The notes beneath the pieces were generated by a model that did not search any database, was not told where the DNA came from, and saw nothing but the letters and a program-made list of their open reading frames with translations. Below are positions 9,423 through 19,351 of a stretch of 64,000 nucleotides of DNA, piece by piece. How positions within the stretch are numbered: the first letter of the stretch is position 1; each line of letters begins with the position of its first letter. Origin of the DNA: a virus; the IMG/VR virus record IMGVR_UViG_3300049927_000163, positions 1 to 64,000 of that record; one strand, given 5' to 3'. The position numbers and the translations under genes are program-made.

Positions 9423-10181
9423 CTAAGATTGTAAACCCTGATTGACTGCATTACCTGTTTGAACGCCTATAGGAACACCTGCTGGTCCACCAGTTACACC
9501 ACCAACTACACCACCTGCTACAGGAAGTGCTATATTTGCAAATCTCTGGTAAGCGTTTGGACGAGGTGGAATTTGTCCTGCATTTTGAGATATAGTAGAT
9601 GCATTATTTCCAGCATTCGAAAGGTTTTGGTTAGCTCCTGATTGAGCATTGTATAAGTCACCAATAGTGTTATATTGCATTTGCTGTTGACGAGCGCGTT
9701 CTTCTTGAACTAGAGGAGCAAATTGAGCATTCAGGCCAAGATGTAGATTTGCACCTGCGGCAGCTAAGGCTTGGTTCAAGGCTGAAGAGGTTTTGCTTCC
9801 ACGGCCAAATTGATTCATGACATCAGGAAGTGTCTGCTGTTGGAAGTTAGCACGAGCATATTCAGCTACTGGATCAAAAACCTGTTTAGCTTGGTCATAG
9901 CCTTGCGTTCCTTGATAGGCCTTACCACCTACACCAAATTCACTTCGGAGTTGCTGGGATAGAGGATCTGTACCAGCTGCAAAGTCTTGAGTTCTCTGAA
10001 GTGCTTCTTTACGAAATGGAGCACCTTTCAAGTATTCTTTGGCGGCTTGTTTTTTTACCTTAAGATCTGCTTCTCTAGATGTATCTTTGTCGCCTTTAAG
10101 CTTTTTTATTAATTTTCCTGCTGCATTATAACCAAGACCAAATGTTGCAACCTTTCCTACTTTTTTACCTGCTTTTCCCAT
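9423..10181 (-). CDS. Putative pilot/ejection protein 1
   Basis: Q/A/G-rich with SSALNQALA and a C-terminal Gly-rich hydrophobic segment; homologous to 47320..48090. Confidence 0.6.
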   Translation of the reverse strand: MGKAGKKVGKVATFGLGYNAAGKLIKKLKGDKDTSREADLKVKKQAAKEYLKGAPFRKEALQRTQDFAAGTDPLSQQLRSEFGVGGKAYQGTQGYDQAKQVFDPVAEYARANFQQQTLPDVMNQFGRGSKTSSALNQALAAAGANLHLGLNAQFAPLVQEERARQQQMQYNTIGDLYNAQSGANQNLSNAGNNASTISQNAGQIPPRPNAYQRFANIALPVAGGVVGGVTGGPAGVPIGVQTGNAVNQGLQS

Positions 10182-10630
10182 TATTCCTCCTTGTATTCCA
10201 TGGCCACATCTTTACAGCGCTTGAAGCCGAGACGTTCATAGAATTTAGCGTTTGTAGTCATCCAGATAGTCGTTTTGACTTTCATTCTGTTAGCAATTAA
10301 TTTCACAAATTCCACAGCTTTCTTCATCGCTTCACCTTTTTTCCAGTAAATCTTATCGATAGAGAAGGTGTTTACAAACATGCTGTGATCAAGTGGGTTT
10401 AAATCCATCCAGAGGTAGCCAACTATTTCCTTATCTGGGTTAATCAAGGCGTATATTAAGCTAAAAGGATTCTCTTCGTCTACGCATTCTTGTGCATATT
10501 TGTAAAAGTCATCTACAGAGAATGCGCGGCCTTTTACTTGCTCAACAAGATGCCTGGGAATAAGTTCTGGGAGGAGCAGCTTCATGAAGGTGAGGTCTTC
10601 AAGTGTGTAGACTTTCTCTTCAGTCATCAT
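10181..10630 (-). CDS. GNAT-fold virion assembly protein
   Basis: IVGYLWM...FSIDKIYWKKGEA...KFYERLGF acetyltransferase-like motifs, at the typical podovirus position before ejection genes. Confidence 0.65.
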   Translation of the reverse strand: MMTEEKVYTLEDLTFMKLLLPELIPRHLVEQVKGRAFSVDDFYKYAQECVDEENPFSLIYALINPDKEIVGYLWMDLNPLDHSMFVNTFSIDKIYWKKGEAMKKAVEFVKLIANRMKVKTTIWMTTNAKFYERLGFKRCKDVAMEYKEE

Positions 10631-11067
10631 AGCTGAGTACCTACAATACGTATGTTGAAACCTGCTGTTATGCCAGCTCTATTATGTTTTATTTGGAAGT
10701 TTGTAGTAGTCGACGTGATAGTTAAGATATTGCCTGCCCAAGCACCAGTTCCAGCTTGGCTAGAGAGTAGGTTTACAACGCCTACAGCAGCATCAGATGA
10801 CTTGGTAAGTGCCCATACAGCTGTAGGTAGCGTTGACTCGATTCCTGAGACTAGAACCATAAAAGCACCGAATCTAGCAACATTAGGAATATCTGCAGCG
10901 GTATCTGATATTGGGATAGAGAATGCTGTAAAGTCTCTAGCATTTATATTAATGGCTATATCTTCATAAAGCCTTGTCAGATACTGTACAAAGGTCATTA
11001 TCTCTTGAGGCGATGGAACAATCGTGTCAGGAGATAAATAAGGTAGCTGAACATTGTTAAAACTCAT
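10627..11067 (-). CDS. Putative tail needle/plug protein
   Basis: Directly downstream of the nozzle gene; N-terminal helix YLTRLYEDIAININ similar to 48526..49074. Confidence 0.4.
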   Translation of the reverse strand: MSFNNVQLPYLSPDTIVPSPQEIMTFVQYLTRLYEDIAININARDFTAFSIPISDTAADIPNVARFGAFMVLVSGIESTLPTAVWALTKSSDAAVGVVNLLSSQAGTGAWAGNILTITSTTTNFQIKHNRAGITAGFNIRIVGTQL

Positions 11068-13388
11068 AAAAACATACCTGGAGTTAATCTACCCGCAGGT
11101 TCTGCCCATAATACCATACCAGCAATTACAAATTGTCCTCGCTGATTTATAAATGATGATGAGTCTATTTGTAAGCGTAAAAATTGCCCTGTAAGATTGA
11201 CATACATCCTTTTCCAAGCATAATCCTGATAGATGCTACCAGTTGCTGGCGAATCAAGAGTCATAGACTGAATGAGAGCAGGATTATTACTGTTATTTAT
11301 ATACCAACTTAATTGTAATACAATCTGTTCACCATTATCATTGTCAACAGTATAGGAGTTCCTGCCTACTTGATAATAAAAGTCTACATAACCAAATGTT
11401 GCTTTTTGACCCTGTTGGATAAAAGGGTTCCATCGCTTACTAACCATAGTGCTATCAATTAACTGACCACTAGATGGATCTGTAGTATCTATGACTTTAT
11501 CCATTTCAGCTTTGGCATCGTTAAGGTAATAGACGATACCATTTGTATCTCCACCTAGCATCCAGGGAACCAGATCTTGGTCTATAAGAGAGTTCCAAGT
11601 GAAAGTACATGCTTCCCATGTTGTAAATGCAGCTGCCAAATCATTCCATGTTACATCTGTATATGTCTTTGCAGATCCTATACAAGAGAGGGAAATATCA
11701 TAGGTAGACCAGGTCTCTTCTAGCCAGTTAAAGACTATGACTTTGTCACAATTTGTATTTGTAGTAGCTCTTTCATCTGAAGGATAGATCATCCAGCTTT
11801 GCTGGGTTTGATCGAACCTCTTTCCTTGACAAATTGCAAAACTATTTTCATCAATATCTGTATAGAGATCTATGGCATCTGGAACGTCATAACGATCTTT
11901 ATTAACTCCATCACATTTACATAGGCCTTTTGCACCCATTGACGTAGTGTATGTGTCATATTCAATAGATCCATATGGAGCATTTGTAGATTTAGTAGAG
12001 TTAATCTTGAAAAATCTGAATGGTGAAGAGACATTTCCTGTAGATCTAAATAAGAAACATGAATCTTCGAATTCAATGACTAAGGCATCTCTTAAGTATG
12101 AAGCTGACATAATCCAGTCACCAGTACTTGCAGAGATAAATGAACCGTTACCTGGGACATCTGCTGCAAAATTAGTAGGATTATGAGGGGCACTAGAGCG
12201 TATCATCTGACCATCAGGAAAGGAATTTCCTACAGTTGTAGGCCTAATGAGAAGGAGTGATTCATTATAGACTTTCACATCTAGAGTAGTCTTGATATCA
12301 TTTACAAACGCTTCCACATGAGCAAGAGTGATTCCAAGAGGAGGACGAGCTAGATTTGTGCCATCATACGTTGTAACTTGATCTACATTGTTTGTCATAT
12401 AAAGATGCGAAGTATCAGATTCTGAAGCTCGCCAGTTGACATAGTTAAATAGGTTTTTGAAGTCACCAGTGAAATAATCACCTTGAAGGCTAGAAGATAC
12501 TGTAAAAGTAGCTACTTCAGGAGCCACTAGATTTATGGTTATCACTCCTGTTGCATAGTTTACAGAAGCTGAAGCGATATTTGTTCCATCAGGTAAAGGA
12601 TTGCCACTATGAGTAAATCCGCCTGTACCATCATCTTCAATGGTAAAAGTGTTAAGAAGTGTTTCTTTCTTAACTATTACAGAATATGGAGCTAAATTTG
12701 TAAATCCAGTAGTGAGTGTAAATGGTCCAGTAAATGGAGGAGGTGGCGAAGTGAGAGTTGTAGTGTAATTTATCTGAGATATTGAGCTAACTGGATCAAA
12801 AAGCTGAGTTATGGTGTTGAATACTGCAAATCTTCTAGTGTCTGCTATCACTAGTCTATGAGCGTTTGTCTGTTCATTGATGAATTCAGTTATCATCATG
12901 ATAGGACGTTTTTGTGGAGTAGTTAGAGCATTTGGAGTATATGTATATTGTGCTACTATAGGATTTAAAGCTGGTATTGTAGCTGTTGTATTAAGATTCC
13001 AAACACCAGTAGAATAATCAATTGCTGAACCAGCTGCGGCAAGAGATCCAGATAAATTTCCTGTTGCTGTTGCAGTAGCAGTTTTTAAACCAGTCGATGT
13101 CAAAGCAGTAAAAGTAATAGTTCCTTCTATAGGAAAATTTGAAAGAATACCACTGTAGGTTGATCCACCATTTCCAGTAGCTACTATCTCATTGTCCTGA
13201 TATCTAATAGATCCAGTAAGGCCATAGACAGAAATACCGTTACGCTTTTGTACTTGACCACGGAACACATAGGAATTTACTAATGGATTCCATGCATCAT
13301 CCGGTTGCATCCAAGGCTGGGTGTATTGAAACTGTCCAGTCTGGAAGTTAGTGATAGCAAAGGGCTGATATCCTGAAGGAGCGCTCAT
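11064..13388 (-). CDS. Tail nozzle/tubular protein B (P22 gp10/T7 gp12-like)
   Basis: 774 aa, beta-rich; position in the operon; homologous to 49074..51083 (QPW..P.DA, WNP, GYVDFY). Confidence 0.65.
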   Translation of the reverse strand: MSAPSGYQPFAITNFQTGQFQYTQPWMQPDDAWNPLVNSYVFRGQVQKRNGISVYGLTGSIRYQDNEIVATGNGGSTYSGILSNFPIEGTITFTALTSTGLKTATATATGNLSGSLAAAGSAIDYSTGVWNLNTTATIPALNPIVAQYTYTPNALTTPQKRPIMMITEFINEQTNAHRLVIADTRRFAVFNTITQLFDPVSSISQINYTTTLTSPPPPFTGPFTLTTGFTNLAPYSVIVKKETLLNTFTIEDDGTGGFTHSGNPLPDGTNIASASVNYATGVITINLVAPEVATFTVSSSLQGDYFTGDFKNLFNYVNWRASESDTSHLYMTNNVDQVTTYDGTNLARPPLGITLAHVEAFVNDIKTTLDVKVYNESLLLIRPTTVGNSFPDGQMIRSSAPHNPTNFAADVPGNGSFISASTGDWIMSASYLRDALVIEFEDSCFLFRSTGNVSSPFRFFKINSTKSTNAPYGSIEYDTYTTSMGAKGLCKCDGVNKDRYDVPDAIDLYTDIDENSFAICQGKRFDQTQQSWMIYPSDERATTNTNCDKVIVFNWLEETWSTYDISLSCIGSAKTYTDVTWNDLAAAFTTWEACTFTWNSLIDQDLVPWMLGGDTNGIVYYLNDAKAEMDKVIDTTDPSSGQLIDSTMVSKRWNPFIQQGQKATFGYVDFYYQVGRNSYTVDNDNGEQIVLQLSWYINNSNNPALIQSMTLDSPATGSIYQDYAWKRMYVNLTGQFLRLQIDSSSFINQRGQFVIAGMVLWAEPAGRLTPGMFL

Positions 13389-14071
13389 TAATTACCTATT
13401 GCAAAATAGTAAAATCCACCTGTCCATAAACCAGAATCACTTCTTGGAGTAAACCTATTTGCACTCACATCGGGTGTGCCAACATCACCTATATATATTG
13501 AATGTGAATTTGTACTATTTCGTATACCAGTTATTTGTACATTTATTGTTTGAGTTGCAAAAGGAGTTGGATAAGTAAAGTTTTTTCCGTCAACATCACC
13601 ACTTGTAGGAATTACTCTTCCCCATTTATATTCAAGACCATTTGGAAAAATAATATTGCCATAGTCAGTTGTAACACCATTACCATTACCCATAACATCT
13701 GGTCCAACATTAAATATACTTGCTTGTACTACACCGTTGCCTCCAGGAGTTCCAGCTTTCCAAATTGGTAGGCCACCACTTACACTAGCACTTGTAATCT
13801 GAGTTTCTGCAGATGAACTTGTGTAAAATAGTTCTGTTCGTCCAGCAACTGTCTTAATATAAACAGAACCTTGGCCAGCAGAAAGAACTGGTGTTGCAAT
13901 GACTTGAGGGAACCTTACCTGTTTATGATATCCACTTGTAGGCACTGAAGGACTTAAAGGAACATGATCCACTCCGAATATAATATTCATTTGCTGTGAA
14001 TTAACAAGAATTTCAGGGATATCATTTGATATCATATGTGGTAGATCTGGAACATTTGGATTATAAGTCAT
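13388..14071 (-). CDS. Tail fibre-like protein with gp53-like C-terminus
   Basis: FPNGLEYKWG...FTYPTPF...GGFYYFAIGN C-terminal motif. Confidence 0.6.
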   Translation of the reverse strand: MTYNPNVPDLPHMISNDIPEILVNSQQMNIIFGVDHVPLSPSVPTSGYHKQVRFPQVIATPVLSAGQGSVYIKTVAGRTELFYTSSSAETQITSASVSGGLPIWKAGTPGGNGVVQASIFNVGPDVMGNGNGVTTDYGNIIFPNGLEYKWGRVIPTSGDVDGKNFTYPTPFATQTINVQITGIRNSTNSHSIYIGDVGTPDVSANRFTPRSDSGLWTGGFYYFAIGN

Positions 14072-14073
14072 AT

Positions 14074-14991
14074 TTAAAACCTTGGGATTGCCCTGGAACT
14101 ATCCAGTTGTTGTACATATCTACCAAGAGCTACTCTTTCAAATTCTTGGTATAGGTCATAGTTTTCTGCACGGGAATTACTGTCACCTCTATCAGCAAAT
14201 ATCTGTAGGGCCGCACCATATGCTATTAATTGGCCCCATTCCTGTAAGGATGGCGTCTCCTCAGTACCTGTAAGTTCAGATGGATTTATGAACCCTTGAA
14301 GACGAATCTTATAAACTGCATCTGGTATTGGACGTAGGGTAAAGTTAAATTCATCTCTATAGGGATCAGTGTAAAAGAGGATACCTCTAGGAATATTTGC
14401 TAGCATCGAACAGTATTTGATTACTATTGCTGCATTCAAAGCAGGAGGATTAGGAAATGAAATATTATATATTCCAGTTCCATAGTTTATAGCTCCAATC
14501 ACAGATACAAAATTATTTGTATTTGGATCTTGGTCACCAAATCCACCCTGTCCATCATCAACAAAAGTCTGAGTGTCACCATCAGTGATATAAACAGTTT
14601 CTTGGGCTATAGGTTGAGCCTGAGTTACTCCTGAGAAACCTACTGTAGTTCCATCGCCTGAGGCTACTGGATCTTGGTTATACTGCTGAGGCCAATGCTT
14701 CCAGAAGATGTCTGGATCTTGCTCATATGTGACTGGAAACCCATCAGCCCAAGCACATGGCTGATTAGTGAGAAATCTGCCTTGAAACTTGTACACATCC
14801 TGAAAAGGGATAGTGTAAAAGTCATAAAACTTGAGCTGGATCTGTTCCTTAAGCTCAAAGGGCATGATATACTTGTAATAATTATTAATATAATCCGTGA
14901 TCTGAAGATCGGTTAATTGATCTTGAGAGGGGGTTCCGGTAATGTTACGTACCTTAAGGATTATGTTAGTAAGGGTCCAGCCACTAGACAT
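14074..14991 (-). CDS. Head-tail adaptor / tail tubular protein A
   Basis: WTL..I..KVRNITG...YINNYY N-terminus and P.PD..Y...LQEWG..IAYGAA; ortholog at 51755..52627. Confidence 0.7.
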   Translation of the reverse strand: MSSGWTLTNIILKVRNITGTPSQDQLTDLQITDYINNYYKYIMPFELKEQIQLKFYDFYTIPFQDVYKFQGRFLTNQPCAWADGFPVTYEQDPDIFWKHWPQQYNQDPVASGDGTTVGFSGVTQAQPIAQETVYITDGDTQTFVDDGQGGFGDQDPNTNNFVSVIGAINYGTGIYNISFPNPPALNAAIVIKYCSMLANIPRGILFYTDPYRDEFNFTLRPIPDAVYKIRLQGFINPSELTGTEETPSLQEWGQLIAYGAALQIFADRGDSNSRAENYDLYQEFERVALGRYVQQLDSSRAIPRF

Positions 14992-15434
14992 TATCTACCT
15001 CTTATTGACTTACACTGATAGAGCGATTTGTATGAAGTGGGCATGCTCTTTGTCATACCAGATCTTTCATCAAACTTATCTTCATAGCCAAAAGTATGAC
15101 ATGAATTTGGGTCATGAGGATTAGTACCTTCAAGGTGATTGATCACTTCAATAGGAAGATCATATTCCTTGTCATGCATTAGCTTGTAAGACTTTAAGGG
15201 ATGCGTCTTTGAAGCATAGAAAAAGTCAAGAGGACGACCTGGATCTCTGTTATTTACAAACTTAATACGCTCATACTGAGGTCTATTGCTTGCAACTACG
15301 GCCACAACTTCTTTGTTAAAATGAATCTGATCTTCAGGTTCATCCATGACAGCTGTTGCTGTTGGAGCAAAAGATTGCATTGTAACAACAGGATCTTTTG
15401 TTTCTTTAGGAATTATTCTTTTTGGTCTTGCCAT
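14991..15434 (-). CDS. Conserved head-operon protein
   Basis: Y.LMH..Y.LP..V..H.E motif shared with 52636..52974. Confidence 0.6.
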   Translation of the reverse strand: MARPKRIIPKETKDPVVTMQSFAPTATAVMDEPEDQIHFNKEVVAVVASNRPQYERIKFVNNRDPGRPLDFFYASKTHPLKSYKLMHDKEYDLPIEVINHLEGTNPHDPNSCHTFGYEDKFDERSGMTKSMPTSYKSLYQCKSIRGR

Positions 15435-15446
15435 TTGTATACTCCA

Positions 15447-15806
15447 TTAAAGTATGTTTTCGAAAGGATCATAAGGCTCATGCCCTGCAATTATCAGAGC
15501 CTGCCCACCACTAATATATGTACTGAATACCGTGCTATTTATCGATACCGTGATGTTGTCCACGTCAGGGACGCTTAGGATCATTCCAATGAGTAAGTTC
15601 ATTTGGGACATGCCTTTGATTTGATGGAAACTTAGAGAAGTAATTCCAACATCAGCGGAAGTTGTAAACCCATGATTTATTATTGTTACCTTGGCCTCTG
15701 CGGCTTTGGTGATAAAAGAGATTGTCTTAACCGTATTAGGGAACTCAAAAGGAGATGGTGGTACTACCGATGGAGGATATGAGACCTTTTGGTTTTTGAC
15801 AGTCAT
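15447..15806 (-). CDS. Virion protein with E1-FCCH-like domain
   Basis: ITKAAEAKVT..HGFT...GMSQMN...STVFSTYISGG; paralogous to a segment of 15857..16567. Confidence 0.55.
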   Translation of the reverse strand: MTVKNQKVSYPPSVVPPSPFEFPNTVKTISFITKAAEAKVTIINHGFTTSADVGITSLSFHQIKGMSQMNLLIGMILSVPDVDNITVSINSTVFSTYISGGQALIIAGHEPYDPFENIL

Positions 15807-15856
15807 TTGTAGCCTGTTGCAAAGTAGGGGATTTTAACCCCCCACAATGACGTTAA

Positions 15857-16567
15857 TTAACCGTTTGCTGAAGTATCTAGCAATGCATAGTAGTTCCATA
15901 CATCTGCAGTAGTAGTCATCAAATCTGTGCCCAAAGTAAGGCCAATAACACCATGGTTGTATAATGGTGTCATTTGGACTTGTGAGCCAAATTGTGTTGT
16001 TACAGGCGCACCAGTAATCACGTTGGCAATACCACCTGATACATACGTACTAAAAGCAGTAGAGTTGATATTGACAGTAAATGATGTTGTGCTAGTTACA
16101 GTTGTAATCTGACCACGTAGGGTATTGATCTGCTGCATACCAGCTACTTGACTAAATGTAACCCAAGTTACACCAATATCAGCTGAAGTAAAGCTATGAG
16201 TAGCAGTGATGCTAGCTTCAGCAGCTTTAGAGATTGCAGTGATGACAAGGTTAGTACTATGGTTCACATTGTAAGGAGCCTGATTAGGAATCCAAAGATC
16301 CTGATCAGCTGTTATAAATGGTGTAAATGCATTGGCTGTATGCCATGCAAATTCAATTGCTGGCTGACTAGCAGTATAGTCTGTAGAAAGACCAGTACCA
16401 TTTGCATATGTAGGAAACCATTCTGCTTTAACGATTTCATCGTTAACAGGGTTTATTGCATTGGTCTGGTTAACCATATAGAAGTAACTAGGGATAAATC
16501 CCAAAGTTAGATTCTGAGCTGCACCACCTAAAACAGTGGTAAAAGTTCCAGTTTTGATAATAGACAT
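15857..16567 (-). CDS. Capsid decoration-like protein with E1-FCCH-like insertion
   Basis: Immediately after the MCP; homologous to 53019..53615. Confidence 0.55.
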   Translation of the reverse strand: MSIIKTGTFTTVLGGAAQNLTLGFIPSYFYMVNQTNAINPVNDEIVKAEWFPTYANGTGLSTDYTASQPAIEFAWHTANAFTPFITADQDLWIPNQAPYNVNHSTNLVITAISKAAEASITATHSFTSADIGVTWVTFSQVAGMQQINTLRGQITTVTSTTSFTVNINSTAFSTYVSGGIANVITGAPVTTQFGSQVQMTPLYNHGVIGLTLGTDLMTTTADVWNYYALLDTSANG

Positions 16568-16569
16568 AG

Positions 16570-17529
16570 TTATGCTCCCAATCTTAAGGTGCTTGTGACT
16601 CTGGCGATCCAGTTGTCATTGATGATTCGTCCACCCCAAGGAATCTTGAAGCCAACTGATGATCTTTGATCAAGTGCATCAGTAGTACCTGCAGATCCTA
16701 GAGGCTTAACAATAAGTTGAGCTTGCATAGCACCTAGTTTCACTACACCATAAGCCTCACGGCCTACAACAAAGCTAGAGTAGACTGGTATTGCTGCACC
16801 ATTGTTGAAACCGTTGGTCGATGTCATCCATCGAATATTTCGGGTTTGGCCCCATTCTGGAAGCAGACTTGTGCTTTGATTCGCATAGTTTGCAACTGAA
16901 TTGAAGCTTGATACTGCCTCTAGATCCATCTCCATATCTGTAGACATAAAGCCCCAGAATGATTGACGGCCAGGAGCTGTTCCAAAACGGTTTTCACCTT
17001 GTACGAGCGGAGTTAGAAACTCAGCGTTACCTTGGCGAAGTGCTCTTTGAACAAGCTGTAGATCACGGTCTGTAATCTCTGTAGGAGTGTTACCGTTGAT
17101 ACCATTAGAGCACGCGATTGTTGATGCTGTTGAAACCATCATGTCGCGGATTAAAGTATCTAGGGTAAGACCTAGTTGTAATGAAAGAACTTTGGTAAGT
17201 TCATTCAAAACGCGGTCCTGCACTGTGTACTGAACTACATCAGATACGATCATATAGGCGCCATACCATGCGATCTTAGCGCTAAAGTCGATAACTGACT
17301 GTGATTGTCCAGGAGGAGATACCGCTTCTGTTAGAGGCGTTGTAGCCGCTGACTGTGTGCCATATCGTCTAAAGATCAATGAGTCACCTGAGTTCATTGG
17401 GATAACGCGCTGTTGTGCGCACTTATCATAAATGAGGGCAGGCGTAGCAAGTTTTAGCAGGAGTCTATCGTAATAGACACGTACTTCTGGTGGTACTGTA
17501 TTTGTGGTTACAGCATTTGGTGATGACAT
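16570..17529 (-). CDS. Major capsid protein, N4-gp56 family
   Basis: YYDRLLL...P.NSGDSLIFRRY...PLTEAVSP...YG...EWG..RW...G.EAYG...DALDQRSSVGFK motifs. Confidence 0.92.
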   Translation of the reverse strand: MSSPNAVTTNTVPPEVRVYYDRLLLKLATPALIYDKCAQQRVIPMNSGDSLIFRRYGTQSAATTPLTEAVSPPGQSQSVIDFSAKIAWYGAYMIVSDVVQYTVQDRVLNELTKVLSLQLGLTLDTLIRDMMVSTASTIACSNGINGNTPTEITDRDLQLVQRALRQGNAEFLTPLVQGENRFGTAPGRQSFWGFMSTDMEMDLEAVSSFNSVANYANQSTSLLPEWGQTRNIRWMTSTNGFNNGAAIPVYSSFVVGREAYGVVKLGAMQAQLIVKPLGSAGTTDALDQRSSVGFKIPWGGRIINDNWIARVTSTLRLGA

Positions 17530-17543
17530 AAGTTACTCTTTAC

Positions 17544-18302
17544 TTACATCCCGCTCTGGATTCTTTGATACTCGGCTTCAAATTCTTCATCTGACATCGT
17601 CGCGTAGTCTTTTACTGCATGGAATGATCCCTGTCCCCCAGTCATTGAAAGTGAACCAGGTTTACGGGAATTCTCTACAATCCTAGTGGCTGACTTAGAG
17701 ACAGTAGGAGGAGCTACAGGAGCGGGCATCTGATTTTGTCTGCCTTGTTTTGCAAGTGACCCAATATCATAGGCATATTGCCAAGGATCTTGAGCCGCAT
17801 GGAATCCAGCTGCGAGATTAGGTTTTTCTCTAATTAGGGGCGCGGCGTACTCATCCAGCACCTCTTTATAATCAGGATACTTAACTGCCATTCGGAGTTC
17901 TGCAATCTCACTTTCCATAGCCTTTTGCCTTTTAAGCATTTCACCTTCTTGATGCTGGTAAACTCCTACTGGAAGAGCGTCCTCACGGTCGAGATCTTCA
18001 ATTGGGTTTTTGTTTACCTGCGGTTCAGGAATGTTTTGCTTATGTAAAGTTGCTTTCCAGATCTCAAAATTTTGTTTAAGTTCTTCCTTTTCTCGTCGTT
18101 CTCGAGCAAGCTCTTCCCTGATTGCCACGATGTTCCTATCGATCGGTAATTCAGCAGGGGAGATGGGTTCCTGTTCTTGAACCTTAGGATTTACTGCCTC
18201 TACGCGATCTAAGTCATCTTGGTATGCCAAGTAAGAATTATGCCCTTTTACTTTTGGACTCACGGCGGCTGAGTCTGGTACGCCCGCTTCTTCTGTAATC
18301 AT
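17544..18302 (-). CDS. Scaffolding protein
   Basis: Acidic coiled-coil upstream of the MCP; KYPDY...AY...KPGSLS...MSDEEF C-terminus. Confidence 0.75.
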   Translation of the reverse strand: MITEEAGVPDSAAVSPKVKGHNSYLAYQDDLDRVEAVNPKVQEQEPISPAELPIDRNIVAIREELARERREKEELKQNFEIWKATLHKQNIPEPQVNKNPIEDLDREDALPVGVYQHQEGEMLKRQKAMESEIAELRMAVKYPDYKEVLDEYAAPLIREKPNLAAGFHAAQDPWQYAYDIGSLAKQGRQNQMPAPVAPPTVSKSATRIVENSRKPGSLSMTGGQGSFHAVKDYATMSDEEFEAEYQRIQSGM

Positions 18303-18339
18303 TTATTTTCCTGTAGGTCGGCGACACCTGTATACGCCC
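18257..18339 (-). promoter_or_regulatory. Two GGGCGT-N4-stem-(GYCGCCG loop) RNA elements flanking the scaffold start codon
   Basis: Hairpins GACTCA-GCCGCCG-TGAGTC (18257..18275) and AGGT-GTCGCCG-ACCT (18315..18329), each preceded by GGGCGT; covarying copies in B. Confidence 0.7.
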
Positions 18340-18352
18340 TTTTTAGGAGAGG

Positions 18353-18715
18353 CTATGTATAGCCTAAGTTAGTTCTTTTACCTTGTTCCGCTACGCTTAC
18401 TATGAGGTCTTTTGGATCATCTGATAGGAAACGAGGGTCAATCGGCATGTCTGGTGGACTTGATAGCTCCTGGACCAGATCACATATTCCAAGTTTGTTA
18501 TTCACATACCATACAAGTACACCTATCATGAATGGTGGCCTTTGATGGTAAGCTTTAACAGTCTGGTTAATCTTATTAGGGGTAAGACGATCTACAGTGG
18601 CGTAATAAACGACATAGAATGGCTCTTTGATGTGAGACATTTTGTGGACGAAATCGTACACATAGTTCATACATCCTTCTGCCATACTTTCTCGGACATC
18701 ACCCATTTGTAGCAT
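18353..18715 (-). CDS. Conserved hypothetical head-operon protein
   Basis: EP(F/Y).V...KAY..RP...G..V..VNN..G motif shared with 55297..55656. Confidence 0.7.
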   Translation of the reverse strand: MLQMGDVRESMAEGCMNYVYDFVHKMSHIKEPFYVVYYATVDRLTPNKINQTVKAYHQRPPFMIGVLVWYVNNKLGICDLVQELSSPPDMPIDPRFLSDDPKDLIVSVAEQGKRTNLGYT

Positions 18716-18718
18716 AGT

Positions 18719-18931
18719 CTAGTACCCGTTTTGATCAGTTTTATCGTTGTACATCATATAAGGTGCAATTTTAGCCTTATCAGACTTGCAGCCAGCTGAG
18801 CCATACTTGCCGTATGCAATGCCTGTCATTTCGCCTATAAAGGCCTCTAGACCTGGAGCTGAGTACATATCTGAAGGGCCTGAACCCTTAGGAGCCTCTT
18901 TAGGAGATGAAGTTTCGTTCATATATTTCAT
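18719..18931 (-). CDS. Hypothetical protein
   Basis: ORF coupled to its neighbours; syntenic with 55667..55915. Confidence 0.5.
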   Translation of the reverse strand: MKYMNETSSPKEAPKGSGPSDMYSAPGLEAFIGEMTGIAYGKYGSAGCKSDKAKIAPYMMYNDKTDQNGY

Positions 18932-18932
18932 A

Positions 18933-19010
18933 TTATTTACCTTTTGGTTTTTGACTTGGCTGGCCTGGCTTAGGAGCGCCTGGTTTTGCTGGTCCTGGTT
19001 TGGGCATCAT
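18933..19010 (-). CDS. 25-aa Pro/Lys-rich peptide (MMPKPGPAKPGAPKPGQPSQKPKGK)
   Basis: TAAGG SD-like sequence upstream; stop lies immediately before the next start. Confidence 0.4.
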   Translation of the reverse strand: MMPKPGPAKPGAPKPGQPSQKPKGK

Positions 19011-19351
19011 AACCTTACCTATAGTTTGGGGTTAATATATTATAGTATATAGCCAAACTGTAAGGATGAATACAAATTTATGCAAGAAAGGAGTTGCACT
19101 TAATTTGGAATTGCTAGAAGATCATTCTTATGTGATTGCAATATAAGGTGAAATAATGGCTAAGACTGAAATACAAATACATGGTTCTATGTATAAGTTA
19201 TTTGACTTATTGAATGGCAACGGCTGGAGCGTGGATCTTACCATTAGACAAGATGAATATGATGAATTCCTTGACTCTAGAGTTACAGATGATATGAATG
19301 AATCTAGTGATGAGGATTTAGCTGAAGATTAAATAGAGTTCTCTGAAAAAG

